Source of the DNA: an uncultured bacterium | GTDB lineage: Bacteria; Patescibacteriota; Microgenomatia; Levybacterales; UBA12049 | Direction of reading: 5' to 3' | NCBI GenBank assembly: GCA_963826535.1 | Contig: CAWGXL010000010.1 | Location: 234,814 to 298,813, forward strand | DNA length: 64,000 nt | Position numbers and translations under genes: made by a program | Shown: in pieces, positions 18,780-28,074 of the stretch | Layout: each line of letters begins with the position of its first letter | How positions within the stretch are numbered: the first letter of the stretch is position 1 | Notes under the pieces: generated by a model | Databases searched by the model: none | Told to the model about the DNA's origin: nothing | What the model saw: the letters and a program-made list of their open reading frames with translations, nothing else

Positions 18780-19522
18780 AAAAAAATAGAAAACTAGGCG
18801 CCATCATTCTCGCTGCCGGCCGCGGAAAGAGAATGGAACAAAAACGCGCAAATAAAGTCACACTTCTACTTCGTGACAAGCCACTTATTACTTATGCGGT
18901 AAACCTCCTCGAAAAAATGAAAATTAGTCCGGTAATTGTAGTTGTTGGACATGCAAAGGATACAGTCCAAGTTGCGCTTAAGAACGCCCGGGTTGTATTT
19001 GCCGAACAAAAACGCAGGCTAGGGACTGGTCATGCTGTGAGATCCGCGATAACAAAGATTCCTTCAGAAATAACTGATATAATTATTCTATATGGGGACG
19101 ACTCATTTGTTTACAATGAAGAGATTCTAAATAAAATTATTAATATTCATATTATGAACGACCAAATGCTTACTTTTCTGACAATTAAAGTTAATAATCC
19201 GGCAGGCTTAGGCAGAATAATAAGAAATGATAAAAGAGAAGTAATAGATATAATTGAAGATAAGGACGCCACAGTTGTGCAAAAGAAAATAAAAGAAATA
19301 AATCCCAACTGTTATATATTCCAAACTGAATTCCTTAAAAAATATCTCCCTAAAATTACCAAAAGTCCTGTCACAGGTGAATACTACTTACCCGCCCTTA
19401 TTAAATTAGCCCGTGATTACAAAGAAAAACTTGAAGTTGTCGAAGCCGGTTTTATTCCTTGGCAAGGTGTTAATACCCAAGAAGATCTCATTGAAGCTAA
19501 AAAATTATTTAAATATGAATGA
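18776..19522 (+). CDS. Sugar-phosphate nucleotidyltransferase (GlmU N-terminal uridylyltransferase-like)
   Basis: LGAIILAAGRGKRM is the nucleotidyltransferase G-loop. 248 aa. 4-bp overlap with murA. Confidence 0.65.
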   Translation: MKKNRKLGAIILAAGRGKRMEQKRANKVTLLLRDKPLITYAVNLLEKMKISPVIVVVGHAKDTVQVALKNARVVFAEQKRRLGTGHAVRSAITKIPSEITDIIILYGDDSFVYNEEILNKIINIHIMNDQMLTFLTIKVNNPAGLGRIIRNDKREVIDIIEDKDATVVQKKIKEINPNCYIFQTEFLKKYLPKITKSPVTGEYYLPALIKLARDYKEKLEVVEAGFIPWQGVNTQEDLIEAKKLFKYE

Positions 19523-20153
19523 TAAAAACTTTCACAATTCAAATTTTTTTGACTTAACTAAATTTGCATATAAAGATATCCTTGATGGGCCTCCTTGGAA
19601 TTCAATTTCCCTAATGAACCCATTTATTCTCCAACAATTTTCCAGTGGTACAATTGCTCCAAATTTTAAGGATAAACCATATGTTTTTATTGGAGAAGGT
19701 ACCACAATACATCCATCTGTAGAAATTGCAGGCCCTGCAATTATTGGTCGAAATTGTGAGTTGAGACATGGAGCATTTTTACGCGAAGGATGTATCATTG
19801 GCGATAATGTAATCATTGGTCACGCGGTTGAAGTAAAGCACTCAATAATTTTTAACCACAGCACAATTACCCATCTTAGTTATGTTGGTGACAGTATGAT
19901 CGGTAATAATGTAAATATATCGGGTGGTGTTATCATTGCCAATTTCAGATTAGACAAGAAAAATATTTTCATAAAAACTCCAAAAGAAGAAATTGATACA
20001 GGTATGCAAAAATTTGGCGCAACTATAGGTGACAATTCTGTAATCGGTGTAAACTCGGTTTTAAATCCTGGCACTCTACTAGGTAAAAACACAATCGTTT
20101 TCCCTTTAAAATCCATTTCAGGAGTACATGAAGACAATGCAGTCCTTAAATAA
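19515..20153 (+). CDS. Left-handed beta-helix (hexapeptide-repeat) acyltransferase, GlmU C-terminal acetyltransferase-like
   Basis: Tandem hexapeptide repeats (IGDNVIIGHAVEVKHSIIFNHSTITHLSYVGDSMIGNNVNISGGVII). ATG 19515 overlaps the stop of the upstream gene (ATGAATGA). Confidence 0.6.
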   Translation: MNDKNFHNSNFFDLTKFAYKDILDGPPWNSISLMNPFILQQFSSGTIAPNFKDKPYVFIGEGTTIHPSVEIAGPAIIGRNCELRHGAFLREGCIIGDNVIIGHAVEVKHSIIFNHSTITHLSYVGDSMIGNNVNISGGVIIANFRLDKKNIFIKTPKEEIDTGMQKFGATIGDNSVIGVNSVLNPGTLLGKNTIVFPLKSISGVHEDNAVLK

Positions 20154-20619
20154 ACCGGTTATTTTATTCGACATAGACTATACTCTTTTTAATACTGCTC
20201 AATATAAAGAATCGAATCAAGAACTATTCTCATTATACAAAGAAGTTTACGACGTTTTATCAGAACTATCAAACACCACAATACTCGGCATATTTTCCGA
20301 AGGCGAGTCAGAATTCCAAAATAGAAAATTAAGAAAGACGAAAATAGATCATTTTTTTAGTAAAGAACACATTCATATTGAACATCTTAAATCAGGGAAA
20401 ATAAAAGCACTAGGAGAGATTTACAAAAATACCCCACTCTATATAATTGATGACAAACTACCCTTCCTATTAGTTATGAAGAATACTATTCCCCAAGTCA
20501 AAACAATTTGGATAAAAAGAGGACTATACGCCGAGAATCAAAATACCATCCCCGGTTTCACTCCTGACGCAGTAATAGACAATTTATCCGAACTAATCCC
20601 CATCATAAATAATCTCTAA
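20128..20619 (+). CDS. HAD superfamily hydrolase
   Basis: VILFDIDYTLF is HAD motif I (DxDxT). 163 aa. Confidence 0.55.
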   Translation: MKTMQSLNKPVILFDIDYTLFNTAQYKESNQELFSLYKEVYDVLSELSNTTILGIFSEGESEFQNRKLRKTKIDHFFSKEHIHIEHLKSGKIKALGEIYKNTPLYIIDDKLPFLLVMKNTIPQVKTIWIKRGLYAENQNTIPGFTPDAVIDNLSELIPIINNL

Positions 20620-20634
20620 AATTTATACTTTCAA

Positions 20635-21087
20635 TTATTTAATATCTTTAATAGAATATTTAATTATCCCGGAAGGAGATTGAAATTTCACATTTTCCCC
20701 TTTCTCTTTTCCCTCAATAGCCCGACCTAAAGGAGACAACAAGGATATTTTTCCTTCTCTGGGATTTGCTTCCAAATCCCCAACAATTTTGAACACAATT
20801 TCTCTTTTCCCATCATATAAAGTAATTTGCTTACCAATTGCAGCCCCTGACCCACTGGGTTTATCTATTATCACAGCTTGTTTCAATGATAATTTAAGCT
20901 GGAACAATTTAAAATCCATTGAAGTAAGCTTGGAACGAGCTGCCTTATAATATCCATTTTCACTCAAATCTCCCATCTCCCTTGCTTTTTTCAAATCAGC
21001 AACAGCTGCCGGTCTTGACTGAAGTAGTTCCTCATATTCCTGTTTTGTTTTTTCGTACCCTTCTTTTGTAAAACGCGTTTGTTTCAT
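20635..21087 (-). CDS. greA: Transcription elongation factor GreA
   Basis: ...TKEGYEKTKQEYEELL...GDLSENGYYKAARSKL... with GreA coiled-coil plus FKBP-like domain. Confidence 0.85.
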   Translation of the reverse strand: MKQTRFTKEGYEKTKQEYEELLQSRPAAVADLKKAREMGDLSENGYYKAARSKLTSMDFKLFQLKLSLKQAVIIDKPSGSGAAIGKQITLYDGKREIVFKIVGDLEANPREGKISLLSPLGRAIEGKEKGENVKFQSPSGIIKYSIKDIK

Positions 21088-21116
21088 TATTCTATATTAT
21101 ACATTACAATGTTACC

Positions 21117-21500
21117 TTATACTCCTTTCAATTCTTCCTCGTTCATACCGAAATGGTGTCCAATTTCATGAAGCACAGTTTGTTTTACCTGTTCTTTTAT
21201 TTCTTCATGCGTTGAACTAATACTTTCTATTGGACCTTGAAAAATAGTGATCTTATCAGGTAGCACCATTGTGTAATTTAATCGATCTGTTTGCGGTATT
21301 CCCTCGTAAAGCCCTAAGAGAGTACTTCCACGGCGAAGATGCATTTTCCGTAATTGTTCTATTGTTGGCTCATATTCAATAGTAACAGTTACATTATTCA
21401 ATTTTTCCCTGAATACTTCCGGTATATCCTTAAGCGCCAAAACCACAAGCTGTTCAAAAGTTTCCCTAACAAGGTTCAACACCACTTTGTTATAGCACAC
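21117..21500 (-). CDS. Minimal zinc metallopeptidase-like protein (COG3824/DUF1025 family)
   Basis: HEIGHHFG (HExxH) near the C-terminus, about 127 aa. Confidence 0.55.
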   Translation of the reverse strand: MCYNKVVLNLVRETFEQLVVLALKDIPEVFREKLNNVTVTIEYEPTIEQLRKMHLRRGSTLLGLYEGIPQTDRLNYTMVLPDKITIFQGPIESISSTHEEIKEQVKQTVLHEIGHHFGMNEEELKGV

Positions 21501-21542
21501 TTTTACTTATGATGTATATCTAAACATGTTATAATTATTCTT

Positions 21543-21998
21543 ATGACTAGCTGGCAACAAATAGCTGTGATAATATATGGGATACTAAATTTATGGGTAT
21601 TTGCAAAAAGTTTTTATGAGATAAAGAACAGGAAAAATACTTTCGGATTAGCCGGGCATTTTGGTTTTTTGGGAATTTTTGTTAGAGGAGACGCAGTTAT
21701 ACTCGGTTCATTTTGGGTTATAGTTAGTTGTACAATTTTGCTTCTACAGGATTGGTATTTATTTTTATTGACTCTCTCGCTTTTTTGGGTAGTAAGAAGC
21801 GCGGGTGAAGTTATCTACTGGCTCAACGAACAATTTGCAGCCAAGTTTAGAAATCCACCCCAAACACTTAAATTTTATAAATTCTTTAATGGCGAATCTG
21901 TTTGGTTTATCTATCAACTATTTTGGCAATGCGTTTTAGTTGTATCCTTAATCGCCTCAATCTATCTTGCGGCATTATGGTTATATAGTAGATTTTGA
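21543..21998 (+). CDS. Hypothetical membrane protein (4 TM)
   Basis: Hydrophobic 151-aa ORF. Confidence 0.4.
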   Translation: MTSWQQIAVIIYGILNLWVFAKSFYEIKNRKNTFGLAGHFGFLGIFVRGDAVILGSFWVIVSCTILLLQDWYLFLLTLSLFWVVRSAGEVIYWLNEQFAAKFRNPPQTLKFYKFFNGESVWFIYQLFWQCVLVVSLIASIYLAALWLYSRF

Positions 21999-22101
21999 AT
22001 AGTCCCATCACTTATCTAATTCTTACGACTTTATTGTTTGTCTCTTATTAATAAAGCATACTATACACGAGTGTGTAACAATGGATAGGAGGTGAAAATA
22101 T

Positions 22102-22320
22102 ATGGGTGATTTAAGCGATATCGGACAAAAAATAAAAGGTAAAGTTCAGGTAATCAAAGGTGATATAAATCAAAAAAGAGGGAAAGGAATTAAAGGTGGT
22201 ATGCAAAAAATTAAAGGAAAGTTTAATCAAACTGTGGCTGATACAAAAATGAAAGCCAAAAAAGCAGGAGCCAAAGGAGATGCAGATTGGGATAGAGAAG
22301 AAGATTGGGATAATAACTAA
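22102..22320 (+). CDS. CsbD-like small stress protein
   Basis: KIKGKVQVIKGDINQ...KIKGKFNQTV matches the CsbD repeat pattern. Preceded by GGAGGTGA RBS at about 22088. Confidence 0.5.
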   Translation: MGDLSDIGQKIKGKVQVIKGDINQKRGKGIKGGMQKIKGKFNQTVADTKMKAKKAGAKGDADWDREEDWDNN

Positions 22321-23123
22321 AGTTGCGCTTTTATAATAATATTATTTGGTTCCCATCTATTTTTAAATATTTTAGATAAAAATTTTTTAATAAAGTAAAA
22401 ATTTTTAAAAGCATAAAGTGTGTTTGAGTTTAATATTTTAAATCCTACTAACTCTAATTCAGCTTTGATTAATTTGTCAGTGTAATCCCTCACGTGTGCG
22501 TTTGGATTAGTTGTCATTTTTTCCAATTCTTCGTTCATGGGAACAGAAACTATTAAAAAGCCCTTTTTTTTTAACATTTTTTTAACATTACCAAGCAACT
22601 TAAATAGTTTACTGGGCGGTACATGCTCTAAAACTTCGAGCAAAAAAATGCAATCGAAAAAATTATAATGATAATTCAAACTATAAATTGATTGTTTTTC
22701 AAAATTACCTTTAAATTTACTTCTTAATCTATTAATTGAGATATCCGAGAAATCATTGGCATATATAGCAATATCTCGCCTTTTAATTAAATATTCCTCA
22801 AGAAATCCAGCTCCGGCTCCGATATCTAATACTTTTTTACAAGAACTAGTTAAAAATTTAAAGGCAATCTTTATTCTTTCTTTTGTCATTCCATCCTGAT
22901 CTTTAATATTGCCGATATCTTCAAAATTTTCATCCCACATATCAGATGTATTATTATCCTTTATCTCGGTAAATGACCTTTCGTATAATCGTCGCAACGT
23001 ATTAATCTCTTTACTTTCTGCAAGCATTTGTCTGCACCTCTCAATATTAAACGGATTCACGCAGCACTTTTTACAAATAGGATAATTCTTATCTATTTTA
23101 CAAATCAGACAATTACTCCTCAT
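22317..23123 (-). CDS. Class I SAM-dependent methyltransferase with N-terminal Cys-rich zinc-ribbon
   Basis: VLDIGAGAGFLEEYL (motif I) and an N-terminal CxxC...CxxCC. Confidence 0.65.
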   Translation of the reverse strand: MRSNCLICKIDKNYPICKKCCVNPFNIERCRQMLAESKEINTLRRLYERSFTEIKDNNTSDMWDENFEDIGNIKDQDGMTKERIKIAFKFLTSSCKKVLDIGAGAGFLEEYLIKRRDIAIYANDFSDISINRLRSKFKGNFEKQSIYSLNYHYNFFDCIFLLEVLEHVPPSKLFKLLGNVKKMLKKKGFLIVSVPMNEELEKMTTNPNAHVRDYTDKLIKAELELVGFKILNSNTLYAFKNFYFIKKFLSKIFKNRWEPNNIIIKAQL

Positions 23124-23251
23124 ACTTGCAATATATCATCAATTTGAACCACTGACAATAATTCACCCCCTTAATAAATTAATTTATAATTCTCCACTAC
23201 AAATTTATTTCCGGTTTGTATATTTATATCAGAGTATTAATAAGGTAAAAT

Positions 23252-25465
23252 ATGATTATGATATCTATTATTATCGTTAATTATCACGTTAAAAAAGAGC
23301 TATTTGAATGTGTAAAATCAATTATTTCTACTAATCCCAAAACTCCTTATGAAATAATTGTAGTTGACAATGACGAAGAGAAAACCATTCTGAATGATCT
23401 GCATAAAAAGTTTCCAAAAATCAAATACATACCAAATAAAAATAAAGGGTTCGGTCAGGGCAATAATGTTGGCGCGAAGCAGGCGAAAGGGGAGTACCTC
23501 TTCTTTCTAAATCCTGACACTAAATTTCTAAATAATTGCCTGGATATTTTGATAGCTTATCTTAAAAAAAATAAGGTTGCTGCAATCTCAGCACCTCTTC
23601 TTTTTGATAATAAAAATAAACCTTACCCTTTACAGGGAATTTTGAATCTAACACCGTTACGCGCAATATTTGCACTTTCATTTATAAATAAAGTATTTCC
23701 CAATAATAAAATATACCAGGACTATTATTTATTTGACTGGAATAAAAAAAGCATAAAAGAAGTAGATGCTGTACCAGGTACAGCTTTTATTATAAAAAAA
23801 GAAGTTTTTGAAAAAGCGGATGGATTTGACGAAAATTTTTTCCTCTATTTTGAAGAGTTTGATCTTTGTAAAAGAGTCAAAGAACTGGGTTGGAAAATCT
23901 TTATTCTTCCTACAGCAAAAGTATTTCATGTCTGGGGTAGCAGTACAAAAAAGCATGACACAAAAAAAATATTTTTAGAAAGTAGATATTATTACTTTAA
24001 AAAGCACTTTGGGACAATTACTGCTATTATCACGGAAGCAATATTGAGAATTAATAAATATAGTTTGCTACTTTCCGGAATTATAGTGCTGGGATTATTT
24101 CTTCGCACTCACAATCTGACAGATACTATGACTTTTATCGGTGACCAGGCATGGTTTTATATATCCGCACGGGATCTGCTACTTACAGGAAATATTCCTC
24201 TAGTTGGAATCCCTTCAAGTCATCCCTGGCTCCATCAGGGAGCGTTATGGACATACGCATTAGCCTTTGGACTTAAGGTCTTTTCTTTCAGCCCCCCCTC
24301 AGGAGCTTATCTTTCAGTATTAATTGATTTGATAGCAATTTTCTTAATATACAAAGTTGGGTCATCAATGTTTACGCAAAAACTTGGAGTAATCGCAGCT
24401 GCATTATATGCCACCTCACCGCTAGTGGTAATAAGTGCCCGAATGCCCTATCACACAAGCCCAATTCCATTGATGACAATTATTTTTATTTATTTCTTAT
24501 ATATTTGGGTATCCGGGAACAAGAAAGCTTTTCCTTTGATAATTGCGTCTTTAGCCATTCTTTACAATCTTGAAATAGCGACTTTTATATTGGCAATCGT
24601 ATTTTTTCTAATTCTTGCATATGGAGCGTTAAAAAAAACTTCTTGGTTTAGAAAAATTATTAGCCTAAAAATTATAATTGCCTCCTTGTTCGCTTTTATT
24701 ATTCCAATGATACCTATGTTTATACATGATATCAATCATGAGTTTTCTCAAACAATTAAATTTATTGCCTGGCTAGGTTACAAAGTTCTTTTAGTCTTTG
24801 GATACCCACCGCTTCATCCGGAAATTCAATCACCCGGCATTAACGAAATACTAGTTTTTTTAGCTATCCATTTTCAAAGACTGATTTACGCTCCAAGTTC
24901 TTTAGTTGCCTTCATATTAGGCGTATTTTCCATAGGATTTTTTTATAAATCGATAATACCTAAGATAAAATTTAATAAAAACAATATAAGCATTATCGTG
25001 CTAGCTCTTATATTTTCAGTTAGTTTGGTTGGATTCATAATTGTAGGGGTTCCCTCGAGTGCATATCTTCCCATCTTCTTCGCGCCGGTAATATTATTAA
25101 CAGCCTTGTTTTTTGAAAGGTTAATGAATAATAAAAAGCTAGGTTATAAACTTACTTTATTATTATTAAGTTTAATTGTATTTGGAAACAGTTATTATCT
25201 AATTAGTCATAATTATTCTTTTGATATGTATTTAGGACAAACGCTTAAAGTTAAGATAGATATTGCAAAGTCAATAATTAGACAATCCACTGGAAGAGAG
25301 TATAATTTAATAGGTACAGGGCCATCAAGTCAATTTAAAAGCTTTACTATGAATTACGAATATTTAACCTGGTGGCTTGGACACGGCCCCTCAGATGAGC
25401 AACAAAAATTACAGTTTATTATTAACGATGAGGATGGTACAGTTAACGTTAATAAAATAGAATAA
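23252..25465 (+). CDS. Fusion protein: N-terminal GT2 glycosyltransferase plus C-terminal polytopic GT-C-like membrane domain (ArnT/PMT-like)
   Basis: N-terminus ISIIIVNYHVKKELFECVKSI...VVDNDEEKT (GT2, DxD region). About 480 aa of multi-TM C-terminal domain follows. Confidence 0.6.
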   Translation: MIMISIIIVNYHVKKELFECVKSIISTNPKTPYEIIVVDNDEEKTILNDLHKKFPKIKYIPNKNKGFGQGNNVGAKQAKGEYLFFLNPDTKFLNNCLDILIAYLKKNKVAAISAPLLFDNKNKPYPLQGILNLTPLRAIFALSFINKVFPNNKIYQDYYLFDWNKKSIKEVDAVPGTAFIIKKEVFEKADGFDENFFLYFEEFDLCKRVKELGWKIFILPTAKVFHVWGSSTKKHDTKKIFLESRYYYFKKHFGTITAIITEAILRINKYSLLLSGIIVLGLFLRTHNLTDTMTFIGDQAWFYISARDLLLTGNIPLVGIPSSHPWLHQGALWTYALAFGLKVFSFSPPSGAYLSVLIDLIAIFLIYKVGSSMFTQKLGVIAAALYATSPLVVISARMPYHTSPIPLMTIIFIYFLYIWVSGNKKAFPLIIASLAILYNLEIATFILAIVFFLILAYGALKKTSWFRKIISLKIIIASLFAFIIPMIPMFIHDINHEFSQTIKFIAWLGYKVLLVFGYPPLHPEIQSPGINEILVFLAIHFQRLIYAPSSLVAFILGVFSIGFFYKSIIPKIKFNKNNISIIVLALIFSVSLVGFIIVGVPSSAYLPIFFAPVILLTALFFERLMNNKKLGYKLTLLLLSLIVFGNSYYLISHNYSFDMYLGQTLKVKIDIAKSIIRQSTGREYNLIGTGPSSQFKSFTMNYEYLTWWLGHGPSDEQQKLQFIINDEDGTVNVNKIE

Positions 25466-25478
25466 AAGATATAATAAT

Positions 25479-26225
25479 ATGATATCAGCAATTATTCTCA
25501 CAAAAAATGAAGAAAAAAATATTAAACAGTGTCTAGAGTCTCTTTCTTGGTGCGATGAGAGAATTGTTATAGACGACCAATCAAAAGATCGAACCGGTGA
25601 AATAGCTCAAAAATTAGGCGCGAAAGTTTATGTGCGTCTCTTATCAAATTTTTCTGATCAGAGAAATTATGGTAAAGATAAAGCTAAAGGAGACTGGATT
25701 CTTTTTATCGATGCTGACGAATATATTTCCTCTGCATTATGGTATGAAATAATGCAAAAGATCAATGAACCAATAGATAATCCAGCAGGATTTTATTTTA
25801 AACGTATTGATGTTATGTGGGGGAAGCAGTTAAAATATGGTGAATCGGGGACAATAAAACTTTTAAGACTTGCCAAAAAAAACAGCGGACAATGGGTTGG
25901 CGCTGTACATGAAAGATGGGAAATTTCCGGAAAAACAGAAACCCTTAATAATCCTTTACAACACTATCCTCACCAGACAATTGAGGAGTTTCTAAAAGAA
26001 ATTAATCACTACACGGATCTCCGCGCAAAAGAGTTATATAAACTGAATGTAAAAACAAATTGGTCCATGATTTTACTCTATCCAAAAGCAAAATTTTTTC
26101 AAAATTATATCCTCAGACTTGGAATTTTGGATGGCCTGCCGGGACTGGTTTCATCCCTCATGATGTCCTTCCATTCATTTTTAGTTAGAGGAAAGTTGTG
26201 GCTATTATGGCAAAAAGCAAAATAA
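25479..26225 (+). CDS. GT2 family glycosyltransferase
   Basis: ISAIILTKNEEKNIKQCLESL...IVIDDQSKDRT and DADE. Confidence 0.7.
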   Translation: MISAIILTKNEEKNIKQCLESLSWCDERIVIDDQSKDRTGEIAQKLGAKVYVRLLSNFSDQRNYGKDKAKGDWILFIDADEYISSALWYEIMQKINEPIDNPAGFYFKRIDVMWGKQLKYGESGTIKLLRLAKKNSGQWVGAVHERWEISGKTETLNNPLQHYPHQTIEEFLKEINHYTDLRAKELYKLNVKTNWSMILLYPKAKFFQNYILRLGILDGLPGLVSSLMMSFHSFLVRGKLWLLWQKAK

Positions 26226-26328
26226 ATAATCTTTATTATATAGCGTTCACTATTTGGAGTATATTAATTATGTTTCTTTATTTGGTACATCTATTTTCAC
26301 GAGCAAAATAATTCTTTGAGGTCCGCAA

Positions 26329-28074
26329 ATGAAATTAAGAATAAAAATATTATTAGGTATAATTGCCTTTTTTATTTTCGTTTCTTTATCAATATATATT
26401 ACGTTTCCACTCATTTTTCATCTAGGAGATTTTGCAGTTGGTCATGGAGATGAATTAGTTATTGCTTGGATACAAAGTTGGGTAATTCATGCCCTGTCAT
26501 CTGGCAATATTTTTTCTCTTTTCAATGCAAATATATTTTATCCATACCATAATTCACTAGCCTTTTCCGATATTTTTTTAACCTCAAGTATACTTTCTAT
26601 TATACCTTTGTATATTATTAAAGAGCCAATTAGCGTGGTGAATTTTACTTTTATTTCTTCACTTATACTATTGGGTTTCTCTATATTTTTATTATCATAC
26701 TATTTAACCAAGGATTTTGTTGTATCTATACTTTCCGGTAATCTTGTATTATTTACTCCGGCTGTTCTGGATAAAGCAACTCATTTACAAATACTGGCTA
26801 TTCAGTGGGTTCCACTTTCTATACTCTTTTTCCTAATTTTTATTAAGCAAGGAAAATCTAAATACTTTGCATTAGGCTTAATTTTTTTTCTGCTTCAAAT
26901 TTATAATAGTTTTCTGCCTGGTTATTTTATAGTTATTTCATATGTAATTATTTCTATTTTTAACATTTTTTATGACAAGAAAAAAAGTTTAAAACTTTTA
27001 ACAAAAATGAACATCTCACTGTTATTAATTGCATTTGCATTGACTATCCCTATTATTATTCCTTATTATCAGGTATCTAAGGAATTTAGCTACACAAGAG
27101 ATATACGGGATTCAATTCATTTTGCTCTGCAACCTGAAGATCTATTTTATTCGTCCAATTATAGCCGTTTAAATACTTTTCTAAACGACTTCCCAATCAA
27201 CAAAAATTCACAAAATAATGAATTTAAACCGGGTTATCTTGGTATCGTTTTTACAATATTATCAATATTTGTTCTATATTACTTTATTAAAAATTTCAGA
27301 AAGAATAACAAAATTTTTAATTCTTTAACTACTATAAGTTTAATTGGGTTAGTTTTAAGTTTTGGGCCTGTATTACATCTGGGAAGACAAACTATTCATG
27401 AACCCTTTCCTATACCATTACCATATACGCTTTTCTACTATATTCTTCCTGGCTTTAATGGATTTCGAAATTCCGCCAGATGGGAAATGCTCTTTATTTT
27501 ATGTATAGCTGTTGTAATTGCTTTGACATTAACTATGATATTTAAAAATTACAACAAAACAAAAACAAAGATAATTTATTGCCTGCTTATAATAGGTATA
27601 ATCGCAGAATATAACTTCCCTATGAAATTGTACGCCGTCCCTCAAGTATCTGATTTCCCGCCTGTTTACAAGTGGCTCAATACCACACCGGCAGATTCTG
27701 CTGTAATTATATTGCCAATACATAACTGGAATAGTATTTTTGCAGTAGAAGAAATATGGAGAGAATATTACTCAACAGCAAATTTCAGAAAAACAGTAAA
27801 CGGATATTCCGGCTTCTCTCCTCCGCCTTGGCAGAAGTTAGTAGTAGATATTAATAATGATTTTCCTCAAGAAAATTCTATTATTAAATTAAAAAAAATA
27901 GGGGTTGATTATATTATTGTACATAAAAGTGAATTTGACTTATTACATAAAAATAACTTTAAATTAAACATGCATCCTGGACAGATGGGAAATGAAATTA
28001 TTACCTCATTAGCTAAAAGTAAAAAATTACACTTAATCAAAAAAATAGGTAACGATTATATATATGAATTATAA
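26329..28074 (+). CDS. Large polytopic membrane protein, putative GT-C-type glycosyltransferase
   Basis: 581 aa, more than 10 predicted TM helices with a large C-terminal soluble domain. Confidence 0.4.
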   Translation: MKLRIKILLGIIAFFIFVSLSIYITFPLIFHLGDFAVGHGDELVIAWIQSWVIHALSSGNIFSLFNANIFYPYHNSLAFSDIFLTSSILSIIPLYIIKEPISVVNFTFISSLILLGFSIFLLSYYLTKDFVVSILSGNLVLFTPAVLDKATHLQILAIQWVPLSILFFLIFIKQGKSKYFALGLIFFLLQIYNSFLPGYFIVISYVIISIFNIFYDKKKSLKLLTKMNISLLLIAFALTIPIIIPYYQVSKEFSYTRDIRDSIHFALQPEDLFYSSNYSRLNTFLNDFPINKNSQNNEFKPGYLGIVFTILSIFVLYYFIKNFRKNNKIFNSLTTISLIGLVLSFGPVLHLGRQTIHEPFPIPLPYTLFYYILPGFNGFRNSARWEMLFILCIAVVIALTLTMIFKNYNKTKTKIIYCLLIIGIIAEYNFPMKLYAVPQVSDFPPVYKWLNTTPADSAVIILPIHNWNSIFAVEEIWREYYSTANFRKTVNGYSGFSPPPWQKLVVDINNDFPQENSIIKLKKIGVDYIIVHKSEFDLLHKNNFKLNMHPGQMGNEIITSLAKSKKLHLIKKIGNDYIYEL

